From: Macrostomum lignano
Taxonomy: Eukaryota
Direction of reading: 5' to 3'
Assembly (NCBI GenBank): GCA_002269645.1
Contig: NIVC01002373.1
Coordinates: 75,674-139,673 of the forward strand
Length of the DNA stretch: 64,000 bases
Shown: one piece after another, positions 51,992 to 61,753 of the stretch
Position numbering within the stretch: the stretch's first letter is position 1
Layout: each line of letters begins with the position of its first letter
Position numbers and translations under genes: made by a program
Notes under the pieces: model-generated
Seen by the model: the letters and a program-made list of their open reading frames with translations, nothing else
What the model was told of the DNA's origin: nothing
Database searches by the model: none

Positions 51992-52199
51992 CAAAATTTT
52001 TGACTAATTTTATCCAAGTTTTAACTAACTTAATTCCACTATATTTATCAAATTTTTGGCTAGGGAAATATTATTTTTAGGGAAAAGCTCAAAACATTTT
52101 TGCTACTCCTTGTACGCCAACCAGGTTTTGTTACTTAATATTAGAATTTACAATAGTATAGTCTTGTTAATTTTTTTTATTATTTACTTTCCGTTTTAG

Positions 52200-52757
52200 C
52201 GACTTGTCCTATTAATAGTTACTGCGAGTCTGAAGCTGCGTCCGTTTGAAAAATTTGATTTAAAGCAGACCAAACAGAAGCTACAGACCAGAAACCGGTT
52301 TTGCAAACTATTCCTAAGCCGACCAACAATGCTAAAGACAATTTATTCAAACGCAAAAATCCAACTTTATCCAGCAGGAAAACTAACTATATATGGCTGT
52401 AAATCAAATTCTCAGATAGTTTCAGTTTTACGATTTATCAACGATACTATTAATTGTGTAGATTTTGATTCAGTAAAAATTCAGAGCAGTACCTATGTCG
52501 GCTTTATTGGTCATCTTTGGCCAAAATTCGGTTTCTCTAGTCTAAAAAGATATGCAGGCTACTATTCGAATTATCTGGTTGGATACGATGCAGAAAATTT
52601 CCCACAAGCAGTTTCTGTTAGATCAAAATCAAAACCAAGACTTTTTTGTAACATATTTTTTTCGAAAAAGTTTGTTATTATGGGCGTTCAAAACACTCAT
52701 GAATTGAATAATATTCTTAACCATGTCAAGGATTTTTTAATCTCTGTTAATAACTAA
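52200..52757 (+). CDS. Divergent TATA-binding-protein-like domain (3' exon; the frame is open 43 codons upstream of the annotated ATG)
   Basis: Colinear with both TBP repeats: IVTASLKL..KFDLKQ (NIVSTVNL.CKLDLKT), IQLYPAGKLTIYGCKS (LIFSSGKMVCTGAKS), FDSVKIQS (FLDFKIQN), YDAENFP (YEPELFP), KPRLFCNIFFSKKFVIMG (KPRIVLLIFVSGKVVLTG). Confidence 0.75.
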   Translation, partial: RLVLLIVTASLKLRPFEKFDLKQTKQKLQTRNRFCKLFLSRPTMLKTIYSNAKIQLYPAGKLTIYGCKSNSQIVSVLRFINDTINCVDFDSVKIQSSTYVGFIGHLWPKFGFSSLKRYAGYYSNYLVGYDAENFPQAVSVRSKSKPRLFCNIFFSKKFVIMGVQNTHELNNILNHVKDFLISVNN

Positions 52758-52976
52758 ACTTAACAAGTAAACAGTTGCTGTCAAATCGCAGTTGCGATGC
52801 ATTATTTTACAAACATTTTGTCTTGTTTTCATTTCTTTACCAATTGTTTTCTCTAATAGTAAACGTGCCAGCTATAACCCAATCTAACTAACCAAATCAT
52901 CATTTTTCTTACAGCCGCAAATGACAAACCGGATCATCTATTAATATTATGCTCGATACGCTCGTTGTCGAGCTAG

Positions 52977-53693
52977 GTGCACACAATGCCGCGTGCACAA
53001 TGTCAAATCTGCAGAAAAAAGTTCAGCAATCAAGCTGAGCTGCATGCTCACTCGCATGGTGATTGTTTTTCGCCGGAACGATTACTGGTCGGATCACTGC
53101 AAAACCTGATCGAAAACCCACCAGATGGATGGTCCATCACTTTGCGCGAGTCAGCTCATCGTGGTCGGGTAAATTTTGTCGAATTTACTCCCACTCTTGA
53201 ACAACAAGACAGCAGCTCTGGCGAGTTACTTCCTGGCGAGTTGATTGCGTCTTTAAGAGGACTAATATTTAAAATATTGGAAAAAATTGGCTCACCTAGT
53301 TTATTAATAAGAGTCTGCTTTCACTTGAAAGTGACACTTTTTCGACCGAAAGCAGCAGCAGACGACAACGATGGCTCGAGCAGCGAAGAAATCATCTCGG
53401 TCTATTTTAATACCAACATTGCGACAATATCATTTGATGAGACGATTGCAAACAGTGACATGCTGTTATCTCCCGAGGCCTACAATGACTGGTTCGCACG
53501 CGTTATTAATCAGCTATTAACAAAAATAGACAATTTTCAATCTCGAGGCAGTAATTGGCAATATAGAGCAATCGAGCAGCTAGACTTGATGCTCTGCATT
53601 TATCGCAAAAGCCATGCAACCACACTGTTAACAAATACGTCCCACGATGGTGTGGGAGCGGGCGGCGGGGGTGGTGGTGGTGGTGGTGGTGGT

Positions 53694-53731
<38 letters not shown>

Positions 53732-56700
53732 GCGCGGCGAGTCCGGTCCAGTCCGGTCCGGTCCAGTCCGGTCCGGTCCGATTAAACAGCGAGCGTTTAA
53801 AGTTCCACTCTCAATCGGGCGCAAAGCTGGAGCAGTACTGCTTCTAAAGCCGCACAGAGCAAATCAGTACGACTGTTTTCGCTACTCAATATTGGCGAGT
53901 ATATTTCATCCTTGTGTGCAAGATGCGAAAAGGAAAGACAGCTATGTGCAATGGATGAGAGAATTTAATTTTGGTCGACAAGCTAATGGACCAGCTCGCC
54001 ATTCAAGTAGATCGTACAAAAAATTCTGCCGACGCAATCCGAGAGTTAGTCTACGAGTATTTGTGTGGGATCACGACACCAAGACGAGCACATTATTTTA
54101 CTCGCACAGAAGCAAATATGATGGCGATCGTTATTTTGCGAGCTGTCTGTTTGTGCCGCGGTATGACGATTTTGAATTTGGTCATTATTTACCAATTCGC
54201 AATTTGAACCGGTTATTGAGCAAGCGAGGTAAACAGCGACGATATTGTCCGGAGTGCACGGCTTCGTTTCCTTGCTCAACTTCGTGGGACTATATTCTCA
54301 AGGAGCATTGCTGTGAAGGTGGTAACGTGTCATCATCATCAGCTTCTAATATTGAATGGAGTTCGGATTTTGTGCCTCAAATCCGCGAGATTCGCCATCG
54401 ACCACAAGAAGTAATGCCGAAACCAGAAGACGCAATTTTAAAATTTAAATCACACGAGGCAAAACTGCCTTCGTTGTATGTCTTGTACGCAGACATGGAA
54501 TGTCTATGTGCACCTGCAAATAATGAAGCAAATGTAAAAAAGACTTGTAATTCGAAGCCGCTTGAAGTCCACGTACCAATTTGTTTGGCCTATCGTCTGA
54601 TAACTTGCCAAGGTTTGCAACTGACACCAAAACTAGCTGCAGCAGTTGGAATGGGCGACAAAAAACCTTGTGGAGTAATTTACTCGCAAAAAGATGGTGA
54701 GAATTGTGTTCGACTGTTTTTACGCAAACTTCAGACCATTGCCAGCGAGATTTGTCTGCATGCTCAGACTGAGACGTTTACTCCCTTGCTACGTGAATAT
54801 CTCAATATTAAATCCAACAAGAAGCTTCAGCAGACTTGCCAACTATGCAAGCGAGTATTTGACAAGACTGAAAAAACTGTGCTGGACCATTGTCACTTGA
54901 CTGGTTTGCCTCGTGGCATAGTTTGCGTCTCGTGTAATCGAAAGTTAAGTTTAAAACGATACCGATTGATTGTCTACTTTCACAATTTGGCTGCCTACGA
55001 TGGTAAATTTCTTGTGCGAGAGATTTACAACGTGTTTTCTGGAAACAGTGTTCAACTAAGCGTGCTACCAGAGACTCGTGAACGCTTCAAGACGTTTTCG
55101 CTAAAGTTTACATTGCCAAGTAATCAACACAAGAATGGCTTTGTGCGGTTTGAGATTTGTTTCAAGGATACTTTTGCCTATTTATCGACAAGTTTGGCTA
55201 CTCTAGCCGATCGACTGCTTCCCGAGCAACTAGTGCATACAAAAGAGTTGTTAAAAACGTATCCAAAGTTGGAGCTGGCAACTCTACGACAAAAGGGAAT
55301 CTATCCCTACTCTTTTTTGGACTGCGAGGAAAAATTGGACAATGTGACACAGTTACCGCCGAAGGAGAATTTTTTCAACAAGCTTACAATGTCGCACTGC
55401 ACGGAAGAAGATTATGGTCGAGCTTGTGTAGCTTGGAATCAGTTCGAGTGTCAAAATCTTCGAGATTATACAACAGCCTATTTGTTGCTTGATGTACTGC
55501 TGCTATGCGACGTCTTTGAAAATTTTCGTCAGACTGCGCTGCGTGAATATGGTCTCGATCCGACTCACTTTTTGGGTGCACCGATGTTTAGCATGGTAGC
55601 CTGCCTGTTGCGGGTAGACGAGCCAATAAAATTGTTTACCGACGCATCTATGTATGCCGAAGTTGAGTCCTCCATTCGAGGCGGTTTCAGTTTTGGAACG
55701 CGACATGTAACGACGGCCAATAACCCGAGTGTAGCAGAGTACAGAAGCGAGTTTGATCGACTTGATCCGGACTTTGAAAGCTTGCGAAAAAATGCACCAT
55801 ATGGAACTTATCTAGCATACTTGGACGCTAATTCGCTCTACTCAAGCTGCATGATTCAACCTTTACCAGTTGGCGATTTTTTATGGCTATCACGCGATGA
55901 AATTGGGAACATTCCAACCGATAGTGCGAGTGCAGACTATTTGGAAAGCCCAAGTGTTAAAAGTCAACTATTGGATTGGTTAGACAAGTTTTGTAACGAC
56001 GAACAAGGAGCAATGTTCACTGTGGATCTATATTATCCTCGCTTCTTGCATGACTCGACAGCAGATCTTCCGCTTGCAATTGGTCACGAATTAGTTGGCG
56101 AAGACCGACTTAGTGAACAGATGAAACTGGACTGGTTTTGCCTTCAAAGAGAACTCAATCCAGATCGTTTTGAAAACGCAACAAGCTATGGTGATGTGAA
56201 AGCTTTCAGCAGCTCGACGCGAAAATTGATTGGGTCTGTGCTTCACAAAAAGAAGTATGTTGTGCATCATCGAGCTCTTCGATTGTATCTAGAATTGGGA
56301 ATGCGCGTAACGCGTGTTTACCGCGTAATTCGATTTACAGAACGACCAATTTTGCGATACTATATTGAACACAATATTGAGCGGCGTAAAGTAGCAAAAA
56401 CTGAATTCGAACGCGACTTTTTCAAGTTGCTAAATAATGCTCTTTTCGGAAAGTTTCTGCAACGAGTTCGCGATCGACTCAATTTCCGCATGTGTTCAGA
56501 AGCTGAAAAATTGGAGAAATATGTTTCTCGAGAAGATTTTCTTGACGTAGTAATTTATAATGAAAGTCTGGCAGGAGTTAGCCTCGCTCCACGTCGTGTT
56601 GCGCTAGACAAACCGATTATAATCGGTGCTGCAATCTTAGACATTGCAAAGACTCTTGTATACGACTTTTATTACAATCATGTTCAGATTCATCATTCAC

Positions 56701-57224
56701 TAGCAAGTGCTCGGGTACTCGCAGGAGATACTGATAGTCTTATGCTGGCTCTAGTTATGCGTAAACCGGACGAGACTCCTTACGATACCTTGTTCAAAGA
56801 TTTGGCAGAAGAAGGTTTGCTAGACACGAGTAACTATTCACCATCGCATGCTCTGTACTCGACAAAGCACAAGGGTCGACTTTTGGCGTGGAAAGACGAG
56901 TTTAAAGGTTGTATACCACTGGAACTGGTATTTTTGCGACCAAAAAATTACTCCTTCGTGTATGCCAATGGAACTATAGATCAAGTCTCGCGCTGCAAAG
57001 GTGTCTGCAAGACTGTAGCACAAAGTTTAAAGCATCAAGACTATTTGAGAGTTTTGCACAAGCGACAACTTGTGTTTTCGCGCATGCAGTCGATTCGTTC
57101 TAGAAAACAGAAAGTTTTTTTAATGCAACAAAGAAAACTTGCACTAAGTTTTTTCGACACGAAGCGATCTTGGACAGACTGCATCGATTCGCTGCCCTTT
57201 GGTCACTGGCGCTTGACCAATTAA
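52977..57224 (+). CDS. pPolB: Protein-primed family B DNA polymerase with N-terminal Zn finger/terminal-protein region and endonuclease VII-like insert
   Basis: Exo I YADMEC, Exo II FHNLAAYDG, Exo III YLLLDV, Pol A YLDANSLY, Pol B KLLNNALFGK, Pol C GDTDS. CxxC..DHCHLTGLPRG..C..CN is an EndoVII-like motif. Confidence 0.97.
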
Positions 57225-57513
57225 CAATATGCTCTGATCTCTTTTGTTGTACAAAGTATAAATAGCATGCTATAGAAGACTGTAAGCCATCAATAGTTTT
57301 TTCATTGATCATAATTTTACAATAAATAAATGGTGCGTGCATTCATTTAATCTATAATTTTAGCACTTTTTTGTGCTTAATTATTTGAAAGAGTATAATT
57401 TTTTATAGTTAGATTCGTATGACTAGGTTGTAGTGACCGTAAATGTAATTGCTAACGCTCATGTTTCAAGGAAAAAACTTTTTTAAACTTTCAGCTACAA
57501 TTGAATCGACAAC

Positions 57514-57999
57514 ATGAATGCCGAGCAGCAGCAACAACAACAACAGCAGCAGCAGTACCAACTTTTAGTGGAACGCCTGTACGAATCGGCAACAATTCCG
57601 GCCCGAAAAACTGTCGGCTCGATTGGTTACGATCTTTGCGCAGGCGTTGATGGCACTATTCCAGCCTACGAGTCCCGCAGTGTACGAACCGGACTTAAAG
57701 TCCGGTTACCGGCTGGTACGTATGGCAGGATTGCGGCCCGATCGAGCATGGCTCTGCGCGGTATCTTTGTTGGCGGTGGCGTAATCGACCCCGACTATAC
57801 AGGGGAAATCTGTATAGTTTTATTCAACTACAGCTCGGAGGATTTTGATTACTACGCCGGGCTAAGTATCGCGCAACTCGTTCTTGAGCAGGCTGTGCTT
57901 GCTTCAGTCTATGCGATTGAAGCCGATAACTCCATTCGGAAGATTGAGCCGCCGACCAAGCGGCGCGGTTTTGGCGGCTTTGGAAGCACTGGTCAATAA
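57514..57999 (+). CDS. dut: Trimeric dUTPase
   Basis: All five motifs: GYDL, GRIAARSS, GVIDPDYTGEI, IAQLV, RGFGGFGSTG. Confidence 0.95.
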   Translation: MNAEQQQQQQQQQQYQLLVERLYESATIPARKTVGSIGYDLCAGVDGTIPAYESRSVRTGLKVRLPAGTYGRIAARSSMALRGIFVGGGVIDPDYTGEICIVLFNYSSEDFDYYAGLSIAQLVLEQAVLASVYAIEADNSIRKIEPPTKRRGFGGFGSTGQ

Positions 58000-58064
58000 T
58001 AATGATAATGATAATAAACTGATTTTTTTTTATTTGGTGATTGGGCACTATGCCTTGTAAATGC

Positions 58065-58073
58065 TATAAGCAA
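58065..58073 (+). promoter_or_regulatory. TATAAGCAA candidate late-promoter motif (also at 59243, 60286, 61504 and 62886)
   Basis: Each copy lies 50-61 bp upstream of an ATG. Confidence 0.55.
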
Positions 58074-58124
58074 TTTTAAAATTTATGCCAAAAAAAAAAT
58101 ATATATATATATATATGTTGTAAA

Positions 58125-58544
58125 ATGTCTCCAGCGAAAGATCGAGGTTTTAAAAAGAAAAAGAAGAGCAGTCGTATAAAGAAGAAATCTATTAGAAAGA
58201 TTAATAAAAAGCAACAAGGTTTTGGTGTCGTAAATTGGTTAATTAATCATTTACCATTTGAAGCGCATTTACCCGGCGGATATCAGTTTTGTGGTCCAGG
58301 TACGCAACTGCAAGCTAGGCTAGCAAAAGGACAACGAGGAATCAATCGACTTGACAATTTGTGCATGCTTCACGACGTGGCCTATGATAAAAATTCGGAC
58401 GTGCAAGAGAGATTAAAAGCTGATAAGCTATTAGAATCTGGTGCACGAGAAATTGCCCACGATCCGTCTACTGGTTGGAAAGAAAAACTAGCTGCGAAGT
58501 TGGTTACCAAGGTTATGCAAGTTAAGCAACGCTTTGGTGCTTGA
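58125..58544 (+). CDS. Parvovirus VP1u-type phospholipase A2 domain protein (adintovirus PLA2-like)
   Basis: Ca-binding loop YQFCGPG and catalytic DNLCMLHDVAY; basic N-terminus. Confidence 0.9.
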   Translation: MSPAKDRGFKKKKKSSRIKKKSIRKINKKQQGFGVVNWLINHLPFEAHLPGGYQFCGPGTQLQARLAKGQRGINRLDNLCMLHDVAYDKNSDVQERLKADKLLESGAREIAHDPSTGWKEKLAAKLVTKVMQVKQRFGA

Positions 58545-58546
58545 AA

Positions 58547-59236
58547 ATGCAGCAGCCATACAATATGCAACTAGCTCACGATTCTACATTTATTATTGCT
58601 GGACCTTCAAACTCGGGTAAAACTGAATGGACGTTGCGTTTGTTGACTGAACGAAAAGAATTATTTGATGAAAAACCGCGTCGTCTTGTTTGGTGTCATG
58701 GATCAAGTTTGAAACCAGACGATCAACAACGAATTAGAACATGCTGGCAAAAGAGCGGTCTTGACCCTATTGTTTTTGTACCCGAATTCATACCACAGAT
58801 GATTAATCGTTTTTTACCACACGATTTGGTTGTTGTTGACGACTTGCAAAGCGAGATTGCTAAGTTGCCAGAATTTACTAGTATGTTTACAAAGCATGCG
58901 CATCATATCCCTTTGACTTGTCTGTATCTTTGTCAAGGTCTTTTTAACAAGTCTGATCCCGAAGCACGCATGCGAAGTTTATCAGCTAGTTATATTTGTC
59001 TAACTCGTAGTGTGCGCGATCGAACCACAGTTGAGCATCTCGGTCGACAAATGTATCCGCGTAATAGTAGGTTTCTAGTGAATGTGTATGAAGACGCAAC
59101 AAATAACAAACCTTTTTCATATTTATTCATTGACCTGCGACAAATGACACCCGATTTTTTACGATTGAGAACAGGAATCTTTCCTGGCGATGAGCAAGTT
59201 GTCTATACTCGTGAATGTGATGCAAAGTTTGTGTAA
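58547..59236 (+). CDS. A32/FtsK-like DNA packaging ATPase
   Basis: Walker A GPSNSGKT, Walker B LVVVDDL, FTKHAHH, RSLSASY, YLFIDL. Confidence 0.95.
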   Translation: MQQPYNMQLAHDSTFIIAGPSNSGKTEWTLRLLTERKELFDEKPRRLVWCHGSSLKPDDQQRIRTCWQKSGLDPIVFVPEFIPQMINRFLPHDLVVVDDLQSEIAKLPEFTSMFTKHAHHIPLTCLYLCQGLFNKSDPEARMRSLSASYICLTRSVRDRTTVEHLGRQMYPRNSRFLVNVYEDATNNKPFSYLFIDLRQMTPDFLRLRTGIFPGDEQVVYTRECDAKFV

Positions 59237-59293
59237 TATTATTATAAGCAAATTATAAACTGTTGTCAATATTAGTTTGTGTTTTATTTCAAA

Positions 59294-60283
59294 ATGAGTT
59301 TTTACGTTTTTTTGCCGTCAAACGATATCAGTTACGAAACCAACTCGCCTAATGAATTTCGAGTACGACTAACTGAACCAATAAATTTATTGAACGGATT
59401 CTTCGAGGTTGCACTAGTTGAATTACTTTGCCATGGAGCAATTACGACCCCAAATGCTCATCGTGAGCGTCGATTTGAAGTTCCATATTTTGCGGACATT
59501 GACTCAATAATACGATTAAAGAAAAACTATTGGGGTCGCGTTTGGGCAGAGGCAGACTTGGATGCTTACGTTTCCTGGCAACCGTCTGGTACAAATGAAA
59601 AATTTGCCTGGCTTTTACGAAATTCAGGCGAAAAAACTATTGGATTAGAACTACCGGTTACATTTATGGACGCTTTCAAATTTGACTCTTGGAAGAAACT
59701 TTCTGGACTTGTCTCGGAAAAATTATCAAAACCTACCGCTGGTAGTGTACAACCACCGGATGGATCATACTTGGATGTGGTAAAAAGTCTCGACAATACT
59801 CTAGCGCTAGTACCTGAGAACTATTATGTTTTTTATTGTGTTCTATCGCCTGGTGAAGCTATACGACTTGTTTCGCATGGAGACTATCTTCAAAAAACGG
59901 AAGGAGAAGTGTACATCAAATTACACCAATATTGGTTGAGAAATCGTATTTGGCGCATTAACAAAACCTACTTGGATGCTGTGCTACCTTCTCCGATGCC
60001 TAGTAAAACGGTTTACATGTACTGTTACACAGACATAATCGAGTATCAAGCAGTGGGAAGTACATCAGTACCGTTGCTTCGAGTTGTGGAACTCCAACAA
60101 AAGAAAAATGGAGAACTTGTACGCGATAGCAGTGCATTGCAAACACCCTACTACTTGAAAACAAATCGACAACAAATTCACGAGATTTCGATTCGACTAT
60201 CGGACCAGCGCGGAAAACCATTTAATTTTCATCCGGGAGCACACGTTGTTGTCGTACTGCATTTTAGACACAGGTCAGACTAA
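59294..60283 (+). CDS. Minor capsid (penton-like) protein
   Basis: Polinton penton termini FYVFLPSN..NSPNEFRVRL..FEVALVEL and YCYTDIIEYQ.VG..PLLRVV..EISIRLSDQRGK..VVLHFR. Confidence 0.9.
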   Translation: MSFYVFLPSNDISYETNSPNEFRVRLTEPINLLNGFFEVALVELLCHGAITTPNAHRERRFEVPYFADIDSIIRLKKNYWGRVWAEADLDAYVSWQPSGTNEKFAWLLRNSGEKTIGLELPVTFMDAFKFDSWKKLSGLVSEKLSKPTAGSVQPPDGSYLDVVKSLDNTLALVPENYYVFYCVLSPGEAIRLVSHGDYLQKTEGEVYIKLHQYWLRNRIWRINKTYLDAVLPSPMPSKTVYMYCYTDIIEYQAVGSTSVPLLRVVELQQKKNGELVRDSSALQTPYYLKTNRQQIHEISIRLSDQRGKPFNFHPGAHVVVVLHFRHRSD

Positions 60284-60339
60284 TTTATAAGCAAAGATTA
60301 ATGTGTAAAAAGAAAATTTTGTGAATTTTTTTTGTAAGA

Positions 60340-60768
60340 ATGAACGAACTAACAGAAAAAGGAAAACGAAATGCTCGCTCATTGTGTCAGTGTGCTTTTT
60401 TACTACAAATTGTTTATCGGCTAAAGCATCCAAAGCAGAGAAAAAGTTTTTTACAAACACTTTCAGAGTCGGAGATACGATGTCTAGTAGACTTTCTGTT
60501 TAATATTATTAGTGGACGTATTAAAATTAGTAACTGTAACAAAAGACGACTTGAGAAGCATCGCAGATATATACGTCAGCTTTTGGAACAGAAGACTCCA
60601 ATTACTGCAAAAAGGAAAATACTTGTCCAACACGGAGGATTTTTACCTTTTTTGGCTCCAATTATTGCCGCTCTACCTGCTATAAGCACTGCGCTTGGGA
60701 TAACGTCTGGAGTAGTTGGTACCGCCGCGGGAGCAGCAAATTTAATACGATCAATTCAACGAAAGTAG
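60340..60768 (+). CDS. Polinton basic core-type protein with adenovirus pX(mu)-like C-terminus
   Basis: KRKILVQHGGFLPFLAPIIAAL resembles adenovirus pX GGILPLLIPLIAAA; basic central region. Confidence 0.75.
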   Translation: MNELTEKGKRNARSLCQCAFLLQIVYRLKHPKQRKSFLQTLSESEIRCLVDFLFNIISGRIKISNCNKRRLEKHRRYIRQLLEQKTPITAKRKILVQHGGFLPFLAPIIAALPAISTALGITSGVVGTAAGAANLIRSIQRK

Positions 60769-60776
60769 TAGGAATA

Positions 60777-61466
60777 ATGCGAGCCAAGGAGAGTAGTAGT
60801 TTTCAACGAATGTATCTAGTACCTGAATCTGTGTATCAATCTACATGTCAAGGAGCAGAACAAGGTTCGTCACCAGCTGCTGAGGTACCTCGAAAAACTG
60901 AAGTTTTAGACGCACCGCAAGATGGTCTGGCAAAAAATATGGTGGAAATGAGAGAACAAATGGATAACTTGGACAAGGAAATGGAGAAGGAGCCAAATTA
61001 CACAGCTCAATTGAAACGAAGCAGATTGGAAGACAAACTTTTAAAATTACGCAAAGTCTATCGCACTGGAGACGAGGACAATCTGCCACTTGTTCGCAAA
61101 GGGACTAATGTAAGAAGCTCATATGCCAGAGAATCAAGGGAAATTCCTAAAGTTTTTTTACCACGTTTCGAAGCTCTCGCTCAAAACCTATTTTCGGACA
61201 TGGACAAGAATGCAGAACCAATGCTGGCTAATTTGACTGATGGCGAGATACAAGATCTCATGGAATATGTTGTTCGAGACAGACCGCTTAAGCGACACGA
61301 GACTCAACCACCTAGTGGACTAAAAACATTTTTAGACTTTCTTCGAAAACGTGGAATCGCAGCAAACCAAATCGGGCGTCATGTACGAAACGAGCTAATG
61401 CATGCTCCAAAAACTGTTGCAAAGGAGGATCTTAGTCTGTTTGAAAATTATCAAACACTGGCTTAA
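60777..61466 (+). CDS. Polinton hypothetical protein
   Basis: Intact 229-aa ORF tightly packed in the cluster; N-terminal RMYLVP motif. Confidence 0.7.
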   Translation: MRAKESSSFQRMYLVPESVYQSTCQGAEQGSSPAAEVPRKTEVLDAPQDGLAKNMVEMREQMDNLDKEMEKEPNYTAQLKRSRLEDKLLKLRKVYRTGDEDNLPLVRKGTNVRSSYARESREIPKVFLPRFEALAQNLFSDMDKNAEPMLANLTDGEIQDLMEYVVRDRPLKRHETQPPSGLKTFLDFLRKRGIAANQIGRHVRNELMHAPKTVAKEDLSLFENYQTLA

Positions 61467-61564
61467 TTTGTTTTAAATGTTTTAACAAAATTGATTCGAG
61501 CACTATAAGCTTTTTAAAAAGGTTAATTTTGTTTATGAAAATATATAGTTTAATAAGACAAACC

Positions 61565-61753
61565 ATGTCATCTATCTGCCAAAAACTTTTGATTCGTCTC
61601 TGTGAGTTTTTTTGCTTAAAATCCGAATGTGTGCCGTTTCTGGGAGAGGAGCACAACGAGGATACTGACGGAAATTCGATCGAGGCTTCGTTCTTTTGTT
61701 GCAATTGGCATACGAATAGCATCAATCTAACTCATGATGAAGCGAGTGCGTAA
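61565..61753 (+). CDS. Small Cys-containing ORF (62 aa)
   Basis: ATG is 61 bp after a TATAAGC motif; overlaps the integrase start. Confidence 0.3.
   Translation: MSSICQKLLIRLCEFFCLKSECVPFLGEEHNEDTDGNSIEASFFCCNWHTNSINLTHDEASA

Noticed and set aside
51391-52017. 208-aa minus-strand ORF (and 26484-27863 plus-strand ORF)
   Set aside because: They are antisense shadows of better-supported genes on the opposite strand.
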